Below, one piece after another: positions 1 to 10,355 of a stretch of DNA of 64,000 nucleotides; within the stretch, counting starts at the first letter, position 1; every line of letters starts with the position of its first letter. The notes under the pieces were generated by a model that was given only the letters and a program-made list of their open reading frames with translations, was not told the origin of the DNA and did not search any database. The translations under genes were made by a program, and so were the position numbers. The DNA lies in sequence record SRR20825010_3141. The stretch is one strand, 5' to 3'.

Positions 1-55
1 TCGTCAATCTCAGACTCGTAGTGTTCTCGATCAGGGCTGAGGGGAAAGCAGCTCT

Positions 56-448
56 TCATGTCCTGCTTAAACGGCGGTTGGGGTGGCCGGCCAGGCAAAT
101 CGTATGGCAACGCCGATCGGCGATCTTCCCATGCGACGGGGGTTTTGGTCCAACAATAAAGGTCATCGCTCTCGGCCATCCCGAGTCTCTGCTTGGCACC
201 GTGATCTCGTCGGGACAACCCGGTGTAGAACATCCGCCATGATCCAGGCCGATGCGGGTTTGGGCTGACGTGCATTGTCCACAGCATTGAGTCGTCCCAG
301 CTGCCCGGGTCGCCGATGAACAGTGCGTTTTCGACTCGTCGCCAAGAAAAACAGTTGTTGCTGACCGCGTGCGCAATGAAATCGTGGTTTGGAAGAACGA
401 GGTGAAACAGATGGTAAATGCCATCGTGATAGAGAATATCGACGTCAC
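56..448 (-). CDS. Possible small hypothetical protein (hydrophobic N-terminus, Cys-rich)
   Basis: 130-aa ORF filling otherwise empty space; hydrophobic N-terminus and CCxxC motif; no recognisable family, may be spurious. Confidence 0.25.
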   Translation of the reverse strand: MTSIFSITMAFTICFTSFFQTTISLRTRSATTVFLGDESKTHCSSATRAAGTTQCCGQCTSAQTRIGLDHGGCSTPGCPDEITVPSRDSGWPRAMTFIVGPKPPSHGKIADRRCHTICLAGHPNRRLSRT

Positions 449-698
449 CGAGAGTCTTTCGGGTGCCGGCTGTTTCTGAATACATGCAGATCGAAGATTT
501 GAGAGTAAGCGGTTTCGTCTGACGAAAATCCGTTTCGCCAGAGCATTAACGGTAGGACGGAGTTGTGGTTAGTTGAATCAGATTGTGGCCGGTTTCTTGA
601 ACTCAATCGATCTGATTCTTGCAACTGAATTCGGGTAGGCGGGACGATTCAGTGTAGATCGCGGCAAATTCATTGAACGTCGTCTGGATTGGTGAACG

Positions 699-2084
699 CT
701 ACAGCTCTGATGCAAACAGCCTTGCGCACAGCCCCAGCGTTGAACGCCATGCCGTGTGCTCGGGCAACCCGAGTTCACAATTTGGCAGGAGCGATTCGTA
801 CCAGTCGCTGAACTTTTGGATGGTGGGTTGATCGTGAATGACCACCGACAGCTCGTAATTGAGGAAGAAGGATCGGACGTCGAAGTTGGCAGAACCAACC
901 ACGGCGGTGAAGTCATCCACGATGCCGAGTTTTGCGTGCACCATGCTGTCTCGATAACGGTAAAGCTTGGCACCGAGGTATTGCAGGTCGTCCATGTAAT
1001 CGATGCGTGCGTAATCAACCGGAGCAAGGTCGCTGTCGTCAGGGACTAGGATGCGGACATCAATGCCACGTCGACATGCGGATTCCAAACACCTCATCGA
1101 TTGCGCGGTCGGAACGAAGTAAGGCGTGCAGATCCACACGCGTTCTTCGGCACGATTGATAACGTAATTCCAAAAGTCTTCCAGGATCTCCTCGGGGCCG
1201 TCAGGGCCGATCGGCATCACCGTCATGCGGGTGTTTTCGGGATGTGTAGGTGCATTGGGACACTCATAGTCGACGGGTGGCAGTTCCTCTTCGGCGACGA
1301 AGTTCCAATCGCTGCAAAAGACCGCTTGCAGCTGAGCCGCCGCAGGGCCTTCGATGAGGATGCTCATGTCGACCCAGCTTTCGTCGTCTTCGTTGATGTC
1401 AAGTTCTTCCTCGACCAAGTTGGCTCCGCCCAAGATTGCACGCCGTCCATCAGCGACCGCAAGTTTGCGGTGGTTGCGGAAATTCAAATAGGCCAGCCGA
1501 CTGAGTTGCGACATCGGCTTGAAACGCATCGCACGACCGCCTGCTTCGCGAATTTGATCGAGTTGTTCGTCGGACATGAGGAACGAGCCAAATCCGTCAC
1601 ACAGTAGTCTCACCTGGACGCCTTCCCGAGCACGGGCGCAGAGACGCTCCACGATTCGCTGGGTGCTTTTTCGTTCATCCATGATGAAGGTCATCACGTA
1701 CAAGACTTCTTTCGCTTCATCGATCAGCTCCAAATAGGCGTCGAGGACATCGGTGGTACGGTGAAGCAGTCGGACTTGGTTTCCAACCGTCGGGGACCGC
1801 AGACCTCGCTTTTCGAGCATGCGTTCCAAGCCGGACCGTGAGCGATCGCTGCCATCCGCCGCTGCCGGCAAATCGACCAATTTGCGCTGTGAATGTTCAG
1901 CGGAGATTTTTCGGCCACCCAGCCATAGGAAGAGCACCAAACCAATCGGTGGTGAAAGCAAGACGAGTCCTAGCCAGCCGAGTCGACCGACGTTGTGGCG
2001 TTCTTCGTGGCGAATTACTGTCATCGCAACGATTGTCAGGAATGCTCCCAGCACGCTGCTGATGTAGGCAACAATCCAAATCAT
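699..2084 (-). CDS. cls: Cardiolipin synthase (phospholipase D family)
   Basis: Two N-terminal TM segments and two HKD motifs (RNHRKLAVAD, VHAKLGIVD), plus GSANFDxRS and NYE. Confidence 0.9.
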   Translation of the reverse strand: MIWIVAYISSVLGAFLTIVAMTVIRHEERHNVGRLGWLGLVLLSPPIGLVLFLWLGGRKISAEHSQRKLVDLPAAADGSDRSRSGLERMLEKRGLRSPTVGNQVRLLHRTTDVLDAYLELIDEAKEVLYVMTFIMDERKSTQRIVERLCARAREGVQVRLLCDGFGSFLMSDEQLDQIREAGGRAMRFKPMSQLSRLAYLNFRNHRKLAVADGRRAILGGANLVEEELDINEDDESWVDMSILIEGPAAAQLQAVFCSDWNFVAEEELPPVDYECPNAPTHPENTRMTVMPIGPDGPEEILEDFWNYVINRAEERVWICTPYFVPTAQSMRCLESACRRGIDVRILVPDDSDLAPVDYARIDYMDDLQYLGAKLYRYRDSMVHAKLGIVDDFTAVVGSANFDVRSFFLNYELSVVIHDQPTIQKFSDWYESLLPNCELGLPEHTAWRSTLGLCARLFASEL

Positions 2085-2147
2085 TCGGAACCTTGGTTGA
2101 GAGGGTAAATCAGGAAAGTATGAGGTGTCCGATCCGCGGCCAATGAG

Positions 2148-2163
2148 GCAGGATTCGTGCCAA
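2148..2163 (-). promoter_or_regulatory. Candidate sigma54 (-24/-12) promoter for cls
   Basis: Minus strand TTGGCACGAATCCTGC: GG-N10-GC with TGGCACG, about 65 bp upstream of the cls ATG. Confidence 0.55.
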
Positions 2164-2383
2164 CCAGCATGGGCAAGCTGAAATGCGGCGAATTACCGGC
2201 TCTGTATAGGGGAATCAATTGAGTTCGCGAATTGATGTTGGTTTGGCAAATTGCCCAGTTCCCCAGGGGAAATGACGTTCAGCTCGCCCTCAGAAGTCGC
2301 TGAGCTGATCTGTCGCCGATCAGCCGATTTTTGCTAATTCCCAGCCTGAAAGAGTTTGCTTCCGCTGTTTTGATACAGAGCCA

Positions 2384-3580
2384 GTGATTCCAACCCGTCT
2401 GACACGCACGATTCTCTTCGAAATCCTTCGGATCTTCGTCGTTGCGCTCGTCGTGTTGACGCTGCTGATTCTGCTGATCGCGGTGGGACGAGAGTTGTTT
2501 CGCAAGGGTTTGGGGGCGATGGCTGTCCTACAGTTATTGCCATTCGCGATTCCGATATCCTTGCAGCACGCGGTTCCTGCGACGGCGTTGTTCTCCGTTT
2601 GCTGCGTTTACGGCCGAATGGCTGCCGACGGCGAGATCTCGACCGTCAAAGCGTCGGGCATCTCGCCGCTGAGATTGCTGCAGCCGGCAATCGTTTTTGC
2701 CGCTTTGCTCAGCCCAGTCGCGGTTTACTGCAGCGACATGGCGGTTTCCTGGGGGAAACCCGGCGTCAAACGAGTCGTGTTGCTCTCGATCGAAGACATC
2801 GCCTACCGGTTGTTGGAACGCGACCACTCCTACACTTCCGATCATGGTTTCTCGATCCACGTTCGCGAAATTGACGGTCGCCGAATGATTTCGCCTCGAG
2901 TGACCGTCCGAGGCAAGGGCGACGACGCGTTCACCGTGACGGCGAGCGAAGGCCAATTGATGATGGATGAGGAGAGTCTGTCCCTCGTCCTGAAATTGGT
3001 TGATAGTCAGGTCATTCGCGGAAAAGGATTGCAAGGCGATTTCTACGGCGAACATCAGTTTGAAATTCCAATCGGAAATGCGTTGGAAGAAACCGACGTC
3101 TCCACGCGAAGCCCAAGTGAGTTGCCGCTGCGACTTATTCGAAATGAACGACTTCGCCAGCGTGAACGCACTCATGCTAAAATCGGTGAGCTCGCGGCGT
3201 TCACCGGTTTCTCTTTGTTGACATCACGACCAGCCGAGATCGGCGGTGAAAAATCTTCGGCAATTCAATCGAGTTTGCAATCCAGTCGACATCGTTTGAC
3301 CCGTTTGCAGACCGAACCGTGGCGTCGTTGGGCAGAAGGTTTCACGTGTTTCTTCTTCGTGCTCGTTGGTGCTCCGCTGGCGATCGTCGCAAAGACCAGT
3401 GATTACTGGACAACGTTCGGCATGTGTTTTCTGCCGACGATCTTGGTTTATTACCCGCTTTACTTGTTGGGTTTGGACCAAGCAAAGGCGGGTGACATGC
3501 CGCCGTATGGGGTCTGGATTGGCAACGTGGTTTTGTCTGGCGTCGGCATGATGTTGATCGCTCGGGTTCGGCGATACTAA
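2384..3580 (+). CDS. LptF/LptG (YjgP/YjgQ) family LPS export permease
   Basis: 3 TM, periplasmic domain, 3 TM; motif YGRMAADGEISTVKASGISP; C-terminal W(I)GN. Confidence 0.85.
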   Translation: MIPTRLTRTILFEILRIFVVALVVLTLLILLIAVGRELFRKGLGAMAVLQLLPFAIPISLQHAVPATALFSVCCVYGRMAADGEISTVKASGISPLRLLQPAIVFAALLSPVAVYCSDMAVSWGKPGVKRVVLLSIEDIAYRLLERDHSYTSDHGFSIHVREIDGRRMISPRVTVRGKGDDAFTVTASEGQLMMDEESLSLVLKLVDSQVIRGKGLQGDFYGEHQFEIPIGNALEETDVSTRSPSELPLRLIRNERLRQRERTHAKIGELAAFTGFSLLTSRPAEIGGEKSSAIQSSLQSSRHRLTRLQTEPWRRWAEGFTCFFFVLVGAPLAIVAKTSDYWTTFGMCFLPTILVYYPLYLLGLDQAKAGDMPPYGVWIGNVVLSGVGMMLIARVRRY

Positions 3581-3690
3581 AAGCCGCCACTTTGGAAACC
3601 GCTCTCACGTTCTTTTCGTTGGGGTGGTTTTGCTTTTACAATCGCAGCGTCGTTTGTATTTGATGCCCATTGCCCGCCCGAGGATCTTTC

Positions 3691-4557
3691 ATGTTGTGCT
3701 GCTGTCTTGATGTCCGTCGCTTCGTTTCTTCGAAGTTGCCGGCGCTGCTCGCCTTTGGTTTGTTTGCTTGTGTGATTGGGTCGGCTTCGGTCGTACAAGC
3801 GGAAGTGCAGACCCAAACCATTGTTTACAACGATGGCGACGTGGTGCTGGAAGGATTCTTGGCGTTTGATACCAGTGTGCGTCCCGCCGGTACGAAAGCC
3901 GAGTCGGGCAAGCCCGGGGTTTTGGTCGTGCATCAATGGATGGGACTGACCGACTACGAACGTCGTCGTTGCCGTCAATTGGCCGAGCTGGGGTACATCG
4001 CTTTCGCTCTGGATATCTATGGTCGCGGTGTTCGTCCCGCAGACACGGGCGAAGCGGCAGAGTTCTCAGGAAAATACAAAAGCGATCGAGAACTCTATCG
4101 TCGCCGATTGAACTTGGGTTTGGAGCAACTTCGCAAGGCGGACAATTTGGCCTCGGATCAGGTGGCAGCGATCGGATACTGCTTTGGCGGAACCGGGGTG
4201 ATTGAGCTGGCACGCAGCGGAGCGGACATCAACGGCATTGTCAGCTTCCACGGCGGTTTGGATTCGCCCACCCCTGAGGACGGAGCGAACATCAAAGCCA
4301 GAATTTTGATTTGCCACGGTGCTGACGATCCTTACGTTCCTAAGGAGGACATCGAAGCAACGATCGCTGAGTTCGATGCGAACGATGTCGATTGGCAAAT
4401 GAATGTTTACGCCAATGCGGTCCATTCATTCACGCAGCCGATGGCCGGCAACGACAACAGCAAAGGCGCGGCGTACAACGAGAAGGCAGACCACCGGTCG
4501 TGGGACGCGATGCGAGTTTTCTTTCACGAACTGTTCGCTGCTCAGTCAACGGAGTAA
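3691..4557 (+). CDS. Dienelactone hydrolase family protein, probably exported
   Basis: GYCFGG nucleophile motif, SFHG, HGADDP, AVHSFT; hydrophobic signal-like segment; start uncertain (ORF track 3670). Confidence 0.88.
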   Translation: MLCCCLDVRRFVSSKLPALLAFGLFACVIGSASVVQAEVQTQTIVYNDGDVVLEGFLAFDTSVRPAGTKAESGKPGVLVVHQWMGLTDYERRRCRQLAELGYIAFALDIYGRGVRPADTGEAAEFSGKYKSDRELYRRRLNLGLEQLRKADNLASDQVAAIGYCFGGTGVIELARSGADINGIVSFHGGLDSPTPEDGANIKARILICHGADDPYVPKEDIEATIAEFDANDVDWQMNVYANAVHSFTQPMAGNDNSKGAAYNEKADHRSWDAMRVFFHELFAAQSTE

Positions 4558-4590
4558 GTGTCGCGGATCCGCTCTGCTGCACATGCGTGT

Positions 4591-4619
4591 GAAGCACACT
4601 ACGAATGATTGTGTGCTTC
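4591..4619. terminator. Hairpin between convergent genes (possible terminator)
   Basis: GAAGCACAC...GTGTGCTTC inverted repeat between the hydrolase gene and rbgA; no strong U-tract. Confidence 0.35.
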
Positions 4620-4693
4620 GCTCGGATGCTCCGCCGATTCGTGAGACTGTTCGGCAACAAACACGTTGCCGAGTGGTTCTTTCAGGGCCACGT

Positions 4694-5674
4694 TTACTGG
4701 CGGCGGTCGCGACGCGAAGCATCCATCTCGCGAGATTTGCGTTGGGCCTTTTGCTTGTTCTTGAATCGCTTCTTGCGTTTCTCGTCTTTCAAGCGGGCGG
4801 CTTCTTCCGCTTCGACCATCGCCTTTTGCGTGAGGATGCGTTCTCGTTGCATCGTCGCGGGTGTCTCGAGCGTGAGCCGGCCCAAGCCGCCGGTTCGGTA
4901 TTCCTGAATCAGGATTCGAGAGGCTCGTTCCAGATCGACTCGGTTGTTCCGGCCCAGGCAGCCCCGGCGGCGGCCGATGTCTTCGATGACCGCCATTTCG
5001 GTGTCAGCAACCGACTCGAGATCAAAACGGCTGGCCAATCGATCGGGATACTGTTCCATGAAATACCGAGCGGCGAAAAAGCCGACGTCGGTGTAGTCCA
5101 TCGCAGTGTCTTTGATGGATCCAATTAATGCCAATCGATAGCCGCTGCTGACGTTGTGGACCTTTGGCCAAAGCATTCCGGGTGTGTCCCACAGGATCAC
5201 TCCATCGCCGATGTCAACACGCTGTTGATGCTGGGTCACCGCGGGCGTGTTGCCGGTTTTGGCGACTTTGCGTCCGGCCAGAAAGTTGATGATGGTTGAT
5301 TTGCCGACATTGGGAATTCCCATCACCATCGCATTGATGGATCGACCTTTTCGATGAGGGCACATGCCGATCAGAGCGGATTTCAATCGGCGAATGGTTG
5401 GCACGTCGTCGGTCGTTACCGAGCGAGCCCGGGTGGAGCTGGAACTGTTCAACGCGTCCAACCATTCTTCAGTCCGGTGTGGATCGGCCAAATCGGATTT
5501 GGTCAGGACTTTCAAGCAGGCTTTGTCACCGCGAATGTCGGCCAACATCGGGTTCTCGCTCGAATAAGGAATCCGAGCGTCGATGATCTCCATCACCACA
5601 TCCACTTTTGGCAACGCGGCCTGGATTTCCAGCCGAGCTTTGTGCATGTGGCCGGGGAACCATTGAATCGACAT
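4694..5674 (-). CDS. rbgA: Ribosome biogenesis GTPase RbgA/YlqF
   Basis: N-terminal IQWFPGHM, DARIP, circularly permuted G motifs TKSD - GIPNVGKS - DTPG. Confidence 0.95.
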   Translation of the reverse strand: MSIQWFPGHMHKARLEIQAALPKVDVVMEIIDARIPYSSENPMLADIRGDKACLKVLTKSDLADPHRTEEWLDALNSSSSTRARSVTTDDVPTIRRLKSALIGMCPHRKGRSINAMVMGIPNVGKSTIINFLAGRKVAKTGNTPAVTQHQQRVDIGDGVILWDTPGMLWPKVHNVSSGYRLALIGSIKDTAMDYTDVGFFAARYFMEQYPDRLASRFDLESVADTEMAVIEDIGRRRGCLGRNNRVDLERASRILIQEYRTGGLGRLTLETPATMQRERILTQKAMVEAEEAARLKDEKRKKRFKNKQKAQRKSREMDASRRDRRQ

Positions 5675-5841
5675 GGTCAGAGTGTTTTGTGTGGAGCGGG
5701 TTGGCGGCCGGCTGAGTCGGTCAATCGAATGAATCGATCATTCCCGACGGCGCAAGTCCGATTTGGAAGCCCCCCCAGTGTCACACACCGGGATGGATTT
5801 TTCTAACCCTGTTTTCAATTCTGGCGTCCGGCGTTTCGCAA

Positions 5842-7167
5842 TCAGGAAGCCGGAACGGCCAGAGGAGCCTGTGGCTTGGAAGTGAATAAGCCGTAAATCG
5901 CGATCACCAAGAAACAAATCAGTGGCAAAACGAAGGAAAAGTTGAGCGACCATGTGTCGATCAAGTAGCCCTGCAGCGGCGGCATGACGGATCCGCCTGC
6001 GATTGCCATCACCAACCCCGCGGCACCCAATTTGGCGTCGTCACCGACTCGATCCAGGGCGATGCCATAGATGGTCGGGAACATCAAAGACATGCAACCC
6101 GAGACGCCGACGAGAGACCACAGGCCCACTTTGCCCCCAATGAAAATGACGGGAACCAGCAATGCCATTGCGCCGAGGGCCAATACCATCAACAACGCGC
6201 CCGGACGAACGTATTTCAGCAGGAACGTGCAGACAAATCGGGAAACGGCGAACAACACCATCGAGTACAGCGTGAAAGAGGATGCCGCCGTCGCACCGTC
6301 TCCAGCGGACATGCCTTCGGCCACGAAGACGTCTTTGCCGTATTGCGCGGTGAACGTCCAACACATGATTTGAGCGCCGACATAGAACGCCTGTGCAATC
6401 ACTCCACCCACATAGCGAGCATTCGCAAACAATCGGCTGAGTGTTCCTCCGATATCGAGTGACCGGTCCGAGTCTTGATTGCGTGGCATCTTCTTGACCA
6501 GGATCAATACGAACATGGTCGCGATCACCAATCCAATTGCCACGTACGGGCCGCGAACAATGGCTAGGTCCGAGAACTTCATCGCTTCGAATTCTTCAAT
6601 TGGCAGTTCCGCTCTTTCGGGACCGTCCAAAGGATTGATGTTCGAAAGGATGGCGTATTTGGCGGTGAGGATGCCAACGATCGATCCAAGTGGATTGAAC
6701 GACTGAGCCAGGTTCAGGCGTTGGGTCGCGGTTGACGCGGGGCCCATCGAAAGGATGTAGGGGTTGGCACTGGTTTCCAGAAAACTCAGGCCACAGGTCA
6801 TCACGAAGAATGCGATCAAAAATGGCATGAACTCGCCGACACTGGCGGCGGGAATGAATGCCAATCCTCCCAGAGCATACAATGCCAGCCCAACGAGCAG
6901 GCCGGTTTTGTACGAGAATCGCTTGATGAACAGTGCGGCGGGCAACGCCATGAAGCAGTAACCACCATAGAAGGCGAACTGCACGAAGGAGCTTGCAAAG
7001 GTGCTTTGATTAAAAATTCGTCCAAACGCTTCCACCAAGGGGTTGGTGATGTCGTTGGCAAATCCCCACAGGGCAAAACAGAACGTCGTCAGAACAAACG
7101 CGACCAAGTAACTCTTGGGAACCACTTCAGCCTCGGATTGTGGTTCAGCGACGATTGGTTCAGCCAT
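5842..7167 (-). CDS. fucP: L-fucose:H+ symporter (MFS, FHS family)
   Basis: FALWGFA, QFAFYGGY, LETSANPY, RLNLAQSFN, FYVGAQ, SLMFPTIY; start moved to ATG 7167 behind AGGA; lies next to a fucosidase. Confidence 0.88.
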   Translation of the reverse strand: MAEPIVAEPQSEAEVVPKSYLVAFVLTTFCFALWGFANDITNPLVEAFGRIFNQSTFASSFVQFAFYGGYCFMALPAALFIKRFSYKTGLLVGLALYALGGLAFIPAASVGEFMPFLIAFFVMTCGLSFLETSANPYILSMGPASTATQRLNLAQSFNPLGSIVGILTAKYAILSNINPLDGPERAELPIEEFEAMKFSDLAIVRGPYVAIGLVIATMFVLILVKKMPRNQDSDRSLDIGGTLSRLFANARYVGGVIAQAFYVGAQIMCWTFTAQYGKDVFVAEGMSAGDGATAASSFTLYSMVLFAVSRFVCTFLLKYVRPGALLMVLALGAMALLVPVIFIGGKVGLWSLVGVSGCMSLMFPTIYGIALDRVGDDAKLGAAGLVMAIAGGSVMPPLQGYLIDTWSLNFSFVLPLICFLVIAIYGLFTSKPQAPLAVPAS

Positions 7168-7257
7168 GAGTTTCCTGGGGAGGAGTTGGAGGAATGAAGG
7201 AAGAAATGTCCACGCCAATGGTCAAGCCGTGGATCACGCAAATCATAACGGCTCGTA

Positions 7258-8325
7258 TCAGACGTATGGGTAAGATGTGTCGATCAAACCGTCTTGTTTC
7301 ATCGATGTCCAAAACTCAGCAGGAGGCTTGGCCGAAACCAGTTGAACATTCTGAGCGATCCGATCTGGTTTGCTGCTGTTTAAAGCGGTCGCCACGACAC
7401 CGGGTGGTGACATGCCGAAGGCGACGCACGCTTCGGCTGGCCGAACGCCATGTCGCTTGCAGTGATCATGGAATCGTTGTCGCCAAGAAATCAGCTCCTG
7501 ATCCTCGACGCTTTCGCCGGTGACTTTTCGATAATCGTAGTAGTCACCACCGGTCAAAAAGCCGGCGTGAAAGACGGCTGAGTTGATCACACTGACACCT
7601 TGAAGACGCATCGCTTCAACGAAGTCCAGCAAGGATTTTGGATGAGTCCGAATCGTGAGGCTGGTCGCGAGCATCACCCAGTCCAAGGGAAAGGCTCGTG
7701 CGAGTTCTTCGGAAACACGCCAGTCCTTTGAACCAACGCCTATCGCCAAGACATCACCGCGATCACGTAGTTCACTCAACGCTTGGTAGGCACCCAGGAT
7801 GTCTTCCCAGCGTCGTTGACGATCGTTTTCGTCGGTTGCGGCGGCCAAGTATTCGTCCGGGTCGTGGACTGATACCAATTGCGGTCGGTAGGGAGCGAGT
7901 AGCTCGCAACCCTGTTCCCAGCATCTCAGAATGCCGTCGTAGCTGATGTCCTGGACCGCATCGTGTTTGAGCCCAACCCAGGCACCGGGTTCGAAGGTTG
8001 GTTCCGGCGTCGTCAAAGCCACCCGCCGCCAACCAAGTTTGTTGCTGATCAGAATTTGATCCGGAGCAACGTTCAATGAATGCAATGCATCCGCCATGCT
8101 TTCCAAAGCCAAACCCGCGCCGTACTTGCCGGCTGAATCTGCGGCAACCACACCGTCGCAATGTTCAAACCATTCCGAAACGATGGACCGCTTGGTATCG
8201 CGGTCGACCGCTTGGTAAAGATTGCCCAATGCACTGGTGCCAAAGATGATTGGCGGCAGCGTATTGCGAATGGTTGGCACGGCGGCTCTCTCGACTCGTT
8301 GAGACGCAATCGACTCTGGCATCAT
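7258..8325 (-). CDS. Aldo/keto reductase, likely L-fucose / D-threo-aldose 1-dehydrogenase-like
   Basis: FGTSALGNLY, DSAGKYG (D..Y), ISNKLG (K), VHDPD (H); ATG 8325 overlaps the fucosidase stop (ATGA). Confidence 0.8.
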   Translation of the reverse strand: MMPESIASQRVERAAVPTIRNTLPPIIFGTSALGNLYQAVDRDTKRSIVSEWFEHCDGVVAADSAGKYGAGLALESMADALHSLNVAPDQILISNKLGWRRVALTTPEPTFEPGAWVGLKHDAVQDISYDGILRCWEQGCELLAPYRPQLVSVHDPDEYLAAATDENDRQRRWEDILGAYQALSELRDRGDVLAIGVGSKDWRVSEELARAFPLDWVMLATSLTIRTHPKSLLDFVEAMRLQGVSVINSAVFHAGFLTGGDYYDYRKVTGESVEDQELISWRQRFHDHCKRHGVRPAEACVAFGMSPPGVVATALNSSKPDRIAQNVQLVSAKPPAEFWTSMKQDGLIDTSYPYV

Positions 8326-9941
8326 TGGGTGACCTTTAGGACGTAAGCAAACTTGGACGCTTTGTCCTTTGGAAGCGAAACGGTCACACCTGACGCGTCT
8401 CGTTCCCAACTCAGTTCCCTGTCGAACCCGAGCAATTGGATGGTTCTGATCTCTTCCCGATACAGATCGCTGCCCTGAGCCAATGTCTTGACCGTGATCT
8501 CGTTGTTTTCGGGCCACTTCAAGCCATGGACGTACAGGACGTTGTCCCGTGTGGTGAACCGAAGGTCTTCCGATGTGAAAGGTTTGTCTTTGGATTCGGA
8601 AACGTGGCCTGTCGAAACCGATGTTGGTCCTTCACCAAAAGTCTTCCAATAGGTTGTGTCGTAGATGGCCTCGCCGTTGACCTTTAACCAATCACCGATT
8701 GCCTTCAGGATGGCTTGGTCTTCTTCGGGAATGGTTCCGTCAGCGCGAGGTCCCACGTTCAATAGCAGGCAACCATTTTTACTAACGATGTCGACGAGGT
8801 CGTTTACCAATCGCTCAGGAGTTTTGTAGCGTTGGTTCTCGGTATAGCCCCATGAACTGGAACTCACCGCCGTATCGGTTTGCCAGAAAGGCTTGCGGAT
8901 TTCCGCCATCTTTGAGCGTTCTTTGTCCAAGACCGCGGCGGATTCGGGGAACGCGTTGAATTTGTAGTTGATGATGCCGAGGTCGGAGTCTTTGGCGGAC
9001 GTCTTGTTGTAGTAGTAGGCTGCGAATTTCTGCAGGTGTTCGGCGTACGTGTTGTTCTCGTGAGTCGAGTCGCCATGTTTCGGGGTGATTCCGAAGTCGA
9101 ACCAAAACACATCTGGTTTGTACTTGTCCACCAATTCGCAGGATCGAGCCAACCAATCGTCTTTGAATTGGTCGTCTTGCGGTGTGAAGTTGTGTTGGTA
9201 ATCCCACGCATTTTCTTCAAACAGGAAAGGCATTGGGCGACCATAGAGGTCAGCGTACTGCGGGTCCGCATTGTCGAACGATTCGTCACGCACGTAGAAC
9301 ATCCAGTTGAATGCACGGTGGCTGCTGACGCCGAATTTCATGCCTTTCGCACGAACAGCTTCGGATAGTTCTTGGATCACATCACGTTTGGGCCCCATCT
9401 CGGATGCGTCCCAGCGGGTGAACGCACAGTCGTACATTGGGAATCCATCGTGGTGCTCGGCAACCGGGATGACGTAGCGAGCCCCGGTGTCTTTGAAAAG
9501 CTGGGCCCACGCTTTCGCGTCAAACTTTTCCGCTTTGAACTGCGGGATGAAGTCTTTGTAGCCAAACGTTTTTTGCGGGCCGTAGGTGTCGATGTGATGC
9601 TGGAAGAAATTGTCGCCTCGGCGGTCACGATCGATGTACATCTGCCGTGGGTACCACTCACTGCCATACGCGGGAACGCTGTAGGCTCCCCAGTGAATGA
9701 AGATGCCGAATTTTGCATCCTTGTACCACTGCGGGATCTCGTACTTCTCCAGCGAATTCCAATCGGCTTCAAATGGACCTTCGGAAATGGTCGCGTGGAT
9801 ATTCTTCAGGGCTGGCTCGACCTGTGGGTGAGGCAATGTCGCCGGGTGAGGATTGGTTTGGTCTTGTGCCACGGCGGTTTGGAGTGTGATACACGCCAAC
9901 ATGGACATCAGTGTCGTCCGGAATTTCATGCTGCAGCTCAT
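8322..9941 (-). CDS. Alpha-L-fucosidase (GH29), secreted
   Basis: WYKDAKFGIFIHWG, EWY, AEHHDGF, FWFD nucleophile, VSKNGCLLLNVGP; signal peptide after ATG 9941 or 9929. Confidence 0.93.
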   Translation of the reverse strand: MSCSMKFRTTLMSMLACITLQTAVAQDQTNPHPATLPHPQVEPALKNIHATISEGPFEADWNSLEKYEIPQWYKDAKFGIFIHWGAYSVPAYGSEWYPRQMYIDRDRRGDNFFQHHIDTYGPQKTFGYKDFIPQFKAEKFDAKAWAQLFKDTGARYVIPVAEHHDGFPMYDCAFTRWDASEMGPKRDVIQELSEAVRAKGMKFGVSSHRAFNWMFYVRDESFDNADPQYADLYGRPMPFLFEENAWDYQHNFTPQDDQFKDDWLARSCELVDKYKPDVFWFDFGITPKHGDSTHENNTYAEHLQKFAAYYYNKTSAKDSDLGIINYKFNAFPESAAVLDKERSKMAEIRKPFWQTDTAVSSSSWGYTENQRYKTPERLVNDLVDIVSKNGCLLLNVGPRADGTIPEEDQAILKAIGDWLKVNGEAIYDTTYWKTFGEGPTSVSTGHVSESKDKPFTSEDLRFTTRDNVLYVHGLKWPENNEITVKTLAQGSDLYREEIRTIQLLGFDRELSWERDASGVTVSLPKDKASKFAYVLKVTQ

Positions 9942-10355
9942 CAAAAGGCGGGGCAACGCGGGGATTGGGAACGGTTGGGAGATGAATGCCAGGAGCCTTT
10001 TACGCGAAACACCCATGGGGCTTTCCGGCGAAGGCTGCGCGGCACTCGTTTCCCGCTCATCACTTAGCGGGGGAGGAAGCGTCTTCAGGAGGCGTTTCAG
10101 TCGGATTAGTTTCCACTGAGCCGGAAGGAATCCCATAGCCGAGTTTGAATTTTCCATGTGGATTTTTAAACTCGGGGTGGCGCCGGACATTCAATTCATG
10201 AATGGCGAAGCAGGCATTGCAAGCTTGCCGTTGGGGCTTGCCCCGTTTCAGGATATCGGCGCAAGCGGTGTGTTAGGTGCACGCAAGAAACGCTTGCTCA
10301 CCATGTCTGGCGATCGACTTTTGCATCGTCAGTGTGAGCCGTCGAGAGACCGTGG

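Noticed and set aside
8326-8517. Apparent 190-bp overlap between the aldo/keto reductase and fucosidase ORFs
   Set aside because: An ATGA-coupled start at 8325 removes the overlap
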